Program-made: the position numbers and the translations under genes
Part shown: in pieces, positions 57,975 to 64,000 of the stretch
Numbering within the stretch: the first letter of the stretch is position 1
Layout: each line of letters opens with the position of its first letter
Notes under the pieces: generated by a model
The model's database searches: none
The model's input: the letters and a program-made list of their open reading frames with translations, nothing else
What the model was told of the DNA's origin: nothing
Assembly (NCBI GenBank): GCA_018657065.1
Contig: JABHXU010000016.1
Location: 6,333-70,332, forward strand
DNA length: 64,000 bases
Source: an archaeon
GTDB taxonomy: Archaea > Nanobdellota > Nanobdellia > Woesearchaeales > GW2011-AR15
Direction: 5' to 3'

Positions 57975-58245
57975 GCTGAGGCTAGACTGGAGTGCTCATC
58001 CTACTCTGTAACCTTAAACGGATGTTGAAGGAGTCGAAGCTTAAGAAGCGGTATATTGGCTAAGTAATGGTCTTGGCTCGTACGTTGAAGTCCTGTCCTG
58101 TTTGACTGGCGCTTTTGAGAACCACGTCAGGTTGGGAACAAAGCAGCGTTAATCATTAATGCTGGTGCTTTCAGGGTAGCGGGATGGAGGAAAAGTCAAG
58201 GTAGCTGTTATTTGATCAGTGTATCCATTCTTTTGCGTGCCTCAC
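57975..58245 (+). ncRNA. ffs: Archaeal SRP (7S) RNA
   Basis: GC-rich island; terminal helix UGAGGC/GCCUCA; Alu CUGUAACC motif; helix 8 CAGG-UUG-GGAA-CAA-AGCAG (58128-58146); TATA-like TTTAAAAA at ~57948 and T-run after 58245. Confidence 0.9.
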
Positions 58246-58289
58246 TTTTTTTAACAAAATATAAATAATATTCTCTCTAATTAAATTTC

Positions 58290-58931
58290 ATGTGGGTAGC
58301 AAAATTCAAAATAACACATGATGACTGGATTCTTCCTAAAACACTAAAATATGATGTGTCTGCAACAGGTATTCCAGTAAATGCATATGAAAAAAACGGA
58401 AAAAAACTTCATTCAGGTATGGTTTTTTTGCATGGTAAAAAAGAAGATAAAGAAAAGTTTATTGAAAGTTTAAAACATGACAAATTCATTAAGGATATTG
58501 ATGTTAAAGGTAATCAAGTATATGTTTTAATTGAAGGAGAAGACGCGATAACACATGCATTTGATGCTTCCTTATTTTTTACTCAACCTGTTCTTTTAAA
58601 AAAAGGATATGAATATTGGGAACTAGGTTCATGGAATAGAGAAAGTTTAATAAAATTCTATAATAAAGTTAAAAAAATTGCAAGTATTGAAATTCTTCGT
58701 ATAAAACAAGAAATGCCTTCTGTTTTTATTCAACATACTATTCCTAAATTAACAAATAAACAGAGATTTGCTGTTGAACTTGCTATTGAAAAAGGATATT
58801 ATGAATATCCTCGAAAAATTTCTGTTCAAGAATTAGCAAAAATATCAAAATCTCCTCGAAGCACATTTCAAGAACATCTAAGAAAGGCAGAGAGTAAATT
58901 AATGAAAATACTTCTCCAATCTCAAAATTGA
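58290..58931 (+). CDS. HTH_10 (bacterio-opsin activator-type HTH) transcriptional regulator
   Basis: C-terminal LTNKQRFAVELAIEKGYYEYPRKISVQELAK...STFQEHLRKAESKL. Confidence 0.9.
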   Translation: MWVAKFKITHDDWILPKTLKYDVSATGIPVNAYEKNGKKLHSGMVFLHGKKEDKEKFIESLKHDKFIKDIDVKGNQVYVLIEGEDAITHAFDASLFFTQPVLLKKGYEYWELGSWNRESLIKFYNKVKKIASIEILRIKQEMPSVFIQHTIPKLTNKQRFAVELAIEKGYYEYPRKISVQELAKISKSPRSTFQEHLRKAESKLMKILLQSQN

Positions 58932-58946
58932 CCGTCATATGACTGT
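58931..58946. promoter_or_regulatory. Near-perfect palindrome, putative operator upstream of the AlaX gene
   Basis: ACCGTCATATGACTGT (core GTCATATGAC) directly before a TATA-like element. Confidence 0.55.
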
Positions 58947-58999
58947 ATAAATTAAATATATTAATTACAACATACTAGTGACATATAATTAAAATAAAG

Positions 59000-59659
59000 G
59001 TGAAAATCATGACAAAAAAACTATTTTGGGAAGATCCGTATCAAACTGAATGTAATGCCATTGTAACTTCAATAAATGAAAATAAAATAAAACTAGATCA
59101 AACAATTTTTTTCGCTTTTTCAGGAGGCCAAGCAAGTGATGAAGGAACAATAAATGGAATCAAAGTTATTAATGCTATAAAAGAAGGTGACAAAGAAAAC
59201 ATTGTTGATATTGAATATGAACTTGAAACTGTTCCAAAATTTAAAGTTGGTGAAGAGATTAAAGTAAAAATTAATGAAAAAACAAGATCTAACCTAAGAA
59301 AACTGCATAGTGCTGCTCATGTGTTTTATTATTTCTTTGTTGATACTCTTGGAAGACAAAAAATTATTGGTAGTAATATTGCTAAAGAAAAGGCACGAGT
59401 TGATTTCATATATAATGAATCATTAACAGAAAAACTACTCGAAATGGAAAAAGTAGTAAATGAATTCTTATCAGAAAGTCATGAAATCATAACAAAGCCT
59501 GATGAAAATAAACCAGATTTAAAATGGTGGAACTGTGAAGAATGGAAAATGCCATGTGGCGGAACTCATGTGAAAAATACAAAAGAAATAGGACAAATAA
59601 AACTAAAAAGAAAAAATATTGGATCAGGAAAAGAAAGAATTGAAATTTATCTTTCTTAA
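59000..59659 (+). CDS. alaX: AlaX trans-editing alanyl-tRNA deacylase (AlaX-M-like)
   Basis: KLFWEDPY, LDQTIFFAFSGGQASDEG, HSAAH, CGGTHV. Confidence 0.9.
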   Translation: MKIMTKKLFWEDPYQTECNAIVTSINENKIKLDQTIFFAFSGGQASDEGTINGIKVINAIKEGDKENIVDIEYELETVPKFKVGEEIKVKINEKTRSNLRKLHSAAHVFYYFFVDTLGRQKIIGSNIAKEKARVDFIYNESLTEKLLEMEKVVNEFLSESHEIITKPDENKPDLKWWNCEEWKMPCGGTHVKNTKEIGQIKLKRKNIGSGKERIEIYLS

Positions 59660-59799
59660 TTATTCTATTAGTTCTAGTCTAAATATCCTTTTTTATATTA
59701 ATTATTTTAAAATATTCCCAAACTTCTTTATTTTAAAGAAATCTATTTTAAATTAATGTACATAAATAATACTTGATTAAAATATTAACGTCATAAACT

Positions 59800-61203
59800 T
59801 TATTTTACAGACTCATAATTTGTCCATTTAGGTTTTAAATTTAATTTTAAACATGCTTCATAAAGTATTTTAAATCTTTTTATTCTTTCTTTAAGATCTA
59901 ATTTGTTTTTTGTCGACCAGTTGCCACCAAGCATCTGTTCTTTAGAAGAAATATTAAATAATTTAGGTTCTAAATGTAGTGACGATCCTTTGTTAATTGT
60001 ACACAAATTCAGGCTATTAATTAAATCAATATGTGAAGACAAACTTTCTAATACTCGAATTGTTTCATATACATTTTCTCTAGTTTCTCCTGGAAAACCT
60101 ACAATTAAATTTATGCTTACAGATATCCCAGATTCTTTAGTATCATTAATTACTTTTTGGGCTGTTTTAGAAGTATATCCTTTTCTCATAGAATTTAAAA
60201 CAGCATCTGAAAAAGATTCTACTCCATATGAAATTGACATACAACCAGAAAATCTTATTTTCATCAATAATTCTGGTGTCATTTCTTCTCTTATTATACC
60301 TTGTCCATTCCAATTACATTTAATTTTATTTTCAATAATTAGGTCTGATAATTCTTCTAAAAATTTAATATTCCCATTCATAACTAAATCAACCGTTCTA
60401 AAAACATTTCTTTTGAATAACTCAATGTGTTTTTTCATCTCCTTCACAACATTTTTAGGGTTCCTTACTCTATAAGGAAATTGTTGAGGTGAATCTGAAC
60501 AAAAAGCACATTTCCTTATGCATCCTCTTGAAAACATTATTGGTAATGTATGTTTATCCTCATACAAATCAATTGGAAACAATTCATATATTGGGTCTGG
60601 AATTTGCAATGGTTTTAATTTTGATTTTGACTTTAAAATTAGATAGTCTCTTTTTTTATCTTTCCATACTTCAAATTCATTATTTTCTATTACAGGTGTA
60701 TTACTTTCCAACTTATTTAGTAAATATTGTATACTAACTTCTCCTTCATCTACAATAAAAAAATCTATTAACTCATCAAATATTCTTAATCGACTATTTT
60801 TCTCAAAAGCTAATCCTCCGTCAACAACTATTTTTGAATTAGTTTTTTGTTTTAAAGACTTTAAAACATAATTTAATATATTAACTGAATAAATATTTGC
60901 TGAAATTCCAATTAAATCATAGTTTTCAGAAGTTATTTCTTCAACAAATTTGTCTATTAAATTACTGTATTTTTCAAGAAGTTCTTTTTCCCAAAACAAT
61001 TGATCTTGTTTTTTCCAGACATTTCTCTCTTTTAACTCCATTTCATCATAAATTCTAATATTCATGTCAAAAATTTTTACTTCATAGTTTTTATTAGATA
61101 AAGCTCCTGCAATATATGCTAGTCCTAATGGTAGAGTTTCTATGTCCCAAGGAGGTAATTGAATAAGAAGTATTTTCATTATTAATAAAAAAATAACTAA
61201 CAA
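59800..61203 (-). CDS. B12-binding-domain radical SAM enzyme (probable start 61179)
   Basis: QLPPW...PLGLAYIA, DEGE, SRGCIRKCAFC, YGVESFSD, IVGFPGET. Confidence 0.9.
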   Translation of the reverse strand: MLVIFLLIMKILLIQLPPWDIETLPLGLAYIAGALSNKNYEVKIFDMNIRIYDEMELKERNVWKKQDQLFWEKELLEKYSNLIDKFVEEITSENYDLIGISANIYSVNILNYVLKSLKQKTNSKIVVDGGLAFEKNSRLRIFDELIDFFIVDEGEVSIQYLLNKLESNTPVIENNEFEVWKDKKRDYLILKSKSKLKPLQIPDPIYELFPIDLYEDKHTLPIMFSRGCIRKCAFCSDSPQQFPYRVRNPKNVVKEMKKHIELFKRNVFRTVDLVMNGNIKFLEELSDLIIENKIKCNWNGQGIIREEMTPELLMKIRFSGCMSISYGVESFSDAVLNSMRKGYTSKTAQKVINDTKESGISVSINLIVGFPGETRENVYETIRVLESLSSHIDLINSLNLCTINKGSSLHLEPKLFNISSKEQMLGGNWSTKNKLDLKERIKRFKILYEACLKLNLKPKWTNYESVK

Positions 61204-61231
61204 TTATAAAAATATTGGAAAACTCAATGTC

Positions 61232-62578
61232 CTAGACCCATTCAGGGATAAGGCCATTTTTTTTACAAACATTAACTAATTTATTAAGTCTTTTTACCCT
61301 TGATTCTTTATTATTACTATATTTGGCTGTCCAATCTAGGTTTTTTTGAAACTTAATATCAAATTTATCTGGATATTTTGAAACAAAACATCCCACTTGA
61401 ATTGAAAAAATATTAATACTATTTACTTGATCTATAAACATTGAATATTTCTCCAATAAATCTATTGTTATATCAATGTCTTCTTTTTTTTCACCTGGAA
61501 ATCCAACTAATAAATTAATTCCAACATTAATTCCTGCAAACTTTGTATTTTTAATAACTGTTATTGCTTCACTTGAAGAATAATCTTTGTCCATATGTTT
61601 TAATACATTATCTGAAAATGATTCTACTCCATAGGCAATATTATGACATCCAGACATTCTTAATTTTTTTAATAAATCCAGAGTCATTTCTTTTCTTATT
61701 GTTGCTTGTCCTGCCCAAGAAATTTTAATGTTTTTTTTATTTAACAAGTCTAAAAATCTCTCTAGAAAACTCATATCTCCATTTATAATTAAATCACACA
61801 CATGGTAATCAGTTCTTTCATATTTAATATAATTATTAATAATTTCATCAACAACATTTTTAGGATCTCTTATTTTAAATAAATTATATTCTTTTTTATC
61901 TGAACAAAAAGCACAATTTTTTTTACACCCTCTACTAAAAAAAATTGGAAGTCTTTTTTGATCTTCATATTTCTCTAATCTAAATTTTTCATAATTAGGA
62001 AAGTTAATATTTTTTAAACTAGGTGAAACCTTTGTAGAAAAAGTTATTAAGTTATTTTCTTGCACAACATTTAATTTATTTGATTTAAAATTACCCTTTA
62101 TTACATCAATTAGAATATTTTCAGCTTCACCATAAATTATAAAATCAATTAAACTTTTTTCAATTTTATTTGAGTATTCTTCTTTTGCTATTTTTCCACC
62201 AATTAAAATTTTTATAGATTGATTTTGTTTTTTTAGTTCATAAGAAATTTTATTTAGTAAAGAAATACTAAACATAGTTCCAACAAAACAGACAATATCT
62301 GCTTTTTTTGAAATTAATATCTTAAGAAGTTCTGAAAGTTTTGGATGATCAAAAACTTCTTTTTCCCAATATTTACACTTTTGTTTTTTCCAAATGGTTT
62401 TTGTTTCTTCTTCTGATAACAAAAATAATTCTAAATTCAAATCATAAATCTCAGATTTAATTGTTTTATCTTTACTCACTATTGCATCAAGATATGAAAC
62501 AATTATTGGAGGAGACTCAACTGACCAAGGAGGTAAATTAACAAAAAGTAATTTCATAAATTCAAGAACGTAAAACAT
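61232..62578 (-). CDS. B12-binding-domain radical SAM enzyme, tandem paralog of 59800..61203
   Basis: NLPPW, GEAE, SRGCKKNCAFC, YGVESFSD, LVGFPGE. Confidence 0.9.
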   Translation of the reverse strand: MFYVLEFMKLLFVNLPPWSVESPPIIVSYLDAIVSKDKTIKSEIYDLNLELFLLSEEETKTIWKKQKCKYWEKEVFDHPKLSELLKILISKKADIVCFVGTMFSISLLNKISYELKKQNQSIKILIGGKIAKEEYSNKIEKSLIDFIIYGEAENILIDVIKGNFKSNKLNVVQENNLITFSTKVSPSLKNINFPNYEKFRLEKYEDQKRLPIFFSRGCKKNCAFCSDKKEYNLFKIRDPKNVVDEIINNYIKYERTDYHVCDLIINGDMSFLERFLDLLNKKNIKISWAGQATIRKEMTLDLLKKLRMSGCHNIAYGVESFSDNVLKHMDKDYSSSEAITVIKNTKFAGINVGINLLVGFPGEKKEDIDITIDLLEKYSMFIDQVNSINIFSIQVGCFVSKYPDKFDIKFQKNLDWTAKYSNNKESRVKRLNKLVNVCKKNGLIPEWV

Positions 62579-62599
62579 ATTTAAAAAATTTAGTATTAA

Positions 62600-63241
62600 C
62601 TATTCCATGATTTCAACACGACAACCTTCTGCTTTTTGCTTGAATCTAATAGCATCAGATTCTTCACCTACAATTTTTCCATAATGCATTGGAATTGCAA
62701 CTTTTGGCCTTATTTTTTTAACAGCTTGTACTGCTTCATCAGCAGTCATAACATATGTTCCTGAAACCGGTAAAAATGCAACATCTGCTATCACATCTGC
62801 CATCTCAGGTATAAAGTCTGTGTCTCCAGCATGATAAAATTTAATGTTGTTTATTTCAAAAATATATCCAACCCACTCATTTTCTTTAGGATGGAATGGC
62901 TTATCAATATTATATGCATGGACTGCTTTAATTTTTACACCTTTAACATCAAACTTTGCACCAGGTTTAGCTAATTCCATATGACCACCAATAACTTTAC
63001 CTGACAATTTACTTGTAGTATCTGGTGTTGTAATTATTATTGTGTCTTCTTTTACTAATTTTTTTAAATCCGGAATTGAACAATGATCATAATGTCCATG
63101 TGTAATTAAAATAATATCTGCTTTATCATGAACTTTTACTTCATAAGGATCTATATAAAGAATTTTATCACCAAATTCAAACCTATAAGAATCATGACCT
63201 AACCATTTAACTTTTACTCCTGAAAAATCTAATACTCTCAT
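62600..63241 (-). CDS. MBL-fold metallo-hydrolase (UPF0173-like)
   Basis: WLGHDS, IDPY, THGHYDH, YHAGDT, IPMHYG. Confidence 0.9.
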   Translation of the reverse strand: MRVLDFSGVKVKWLGHDSYRFEFGDKILYIDPYEVKVHDKADIILITHGHYDHCSIPDLKKLVKEDTIIITTPDTTSKLSGKVIGGHMELAKPGAKFDVKGVKIKAVHAYNIDKPFHPKENEWVGYIFEINNIKFYHAGDTDFIPEMADVIADVAFLPVSGTYVMTADEAVQAVKKIRPKVAIPMHYGKIVGEESDAIRFKQKAEGCRVEIME

Positions 63242-63879
63242 GAATTTACACCTCGAAGTTTTTTAATTGCTTCAATTCTATCTTTATTCTTAAAAATATA
63301 TGATCCTGCTACAAAAATATTTGCTCCAGCTTTTTTAGCTTTTTTAATTGTAAAATCATTTATGCCACCATCCATTTCAATATTTTTTTTAAAACTATAT
63401 TTGATTCTAAGATTTTCAACCTTACTTAATACCTTTGAGATAAATTTTTGACCTCCAAATCCAGCATAAACAGACATAATTAAAACATAATCAATATCAT
63501 CTAAAACTTCTATTATTAGGTCTAAAGGATCATCTGGATTTAAAGCCAAACCAACTTTTACATTAAGTTTTTTAATTTCTTCTACAGCTTTTTTTAATTC
63601 GTTTTTAGAAAATAAAGATGCATGAAAACTAATCATATCACAAAATTTGGCAAATTCTTTTGCATATTTCAAAGGATTTGAGATCATTAAATGAACATCT
63701 ATAGGAAGATTTGTTTTTATATCTTTAACAACACAAGGTCCAATAGTTAAATTATCTACAAAATGTCCATCCATAACATCCACGTGTAATAAATCAACAT
63801 GTTTCTCAATAGATTTTATGTCACTATTCAAATTACCAAAATCTGCTGAAAGTATTGATGGAGCTATTTTTATTTTCAT
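63238..63879 (-). CDS. rpe: Ribulose-phosphate 3-epimerase
   Basis: IAPSILSADF, HVDVMDGHFV, DVHLM, MSVYAGFGGQ, MDGGI, FVAGS. Confidence 0.96.
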   Translation of the reverse strand: MKIKIAPSILSADFGNLNSDIKSIEKHVDLLHVDVMDGHFVDNLTIGPCVVKDIKTNLPIDVHLMISNPLKYAKEFAKFCDMISFHASLFSKNELKKAVEEIKKLNVKVGLALNPDDPLDLIIEVLDDIDYVLIMSVYAGFGGQKFISKVLSKVENLRIKYSFKKNIEMDGGINDFTIKKAKKAGANIFVAGSYIFKNKDRIEAIKKLRGVNS

Positions 63880-64000
63880 ATTATTTCCACTATTAATGAT
63901 TCGATATAAGTGCTACCCTCTTCATCTTTTAATTCAAAAGATAATTTTGATATACCTTCACTATCTTTTGCTTTCAATGGTAAAGAAAATGCAACATAAT
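63876..64000 (-). CDS. C-terminal fragment of a gene entering from outside the window
   Basis: Open frame ...YVAFSLPLKAKDSEGISKLSFELKDEEGSTYIESLIVEII*, stop overlaps the rpe ATG (ATGA). Confidence 0.55.
   Translation of the reverse strand, partial: YVAFSLPLKAKDSEGISKLSFELKDEEGSTYIESLIVEII

Noticed and set aside
1..64000. Genome-wide TAG recoding (alternative genetic code or pyrrolysine)
   Set aside because: Several genes end at TAG at their expected C-terminus (thioredoxin 11488, lipoprotein 13929 before a terminator, aminotransferase 44176, MBL hydrolase 62600), and no Pyl genes are in the window.

Overview
Very AT-rich, gene-dense archaeal chromosomal segment. Class I LysRS, psmB next to aCPSF1/FttA, an archaeal SRP RNA, SecDF and a Sec11-type signal peptidase identify it as archaeal, and the small Cys-rich lipoproteins and HTH_10/TrmB regulators suggest a DPANN (Woesearchaeota-like) lineage; the lineage is inferred. 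Most of the window is mixed housekeeping and accessory genes. The main candidate for an undescribed system is a ~17 kb cluster (24.5-41.2 kb). It holds three B12-binding radical SAM enzymes, a NodU/CmcH carbamoyltransferase, a PP-loop CxxC ATPase, two paralogous GT-C-like polytopic membrane proteins, two paralogous membrane-anchored TPR proteins with a repeated CPYEGLG motif, two tandem paralogous small membrane peptides, an apparently circularly permuted polysaccharide deacetylase and a GT2. Other notable observations: two otherwise intact genes broken by an in-frame TAG at a probable Trp position, an SRP RNA that appears to lack helix 6, a degenerate 72-nt tRNA-like element just upstream of a lone hisC-like gene, a PhaF-like phasin/histone-H1 fusion, a triple OmpR-type wHTH protein and a beta-defensin-like lipoprotein. 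No CRISPR array, rRNA, canonical tRNA or transposase was seen. All calls come from reading motifs by eye; no searches were run.
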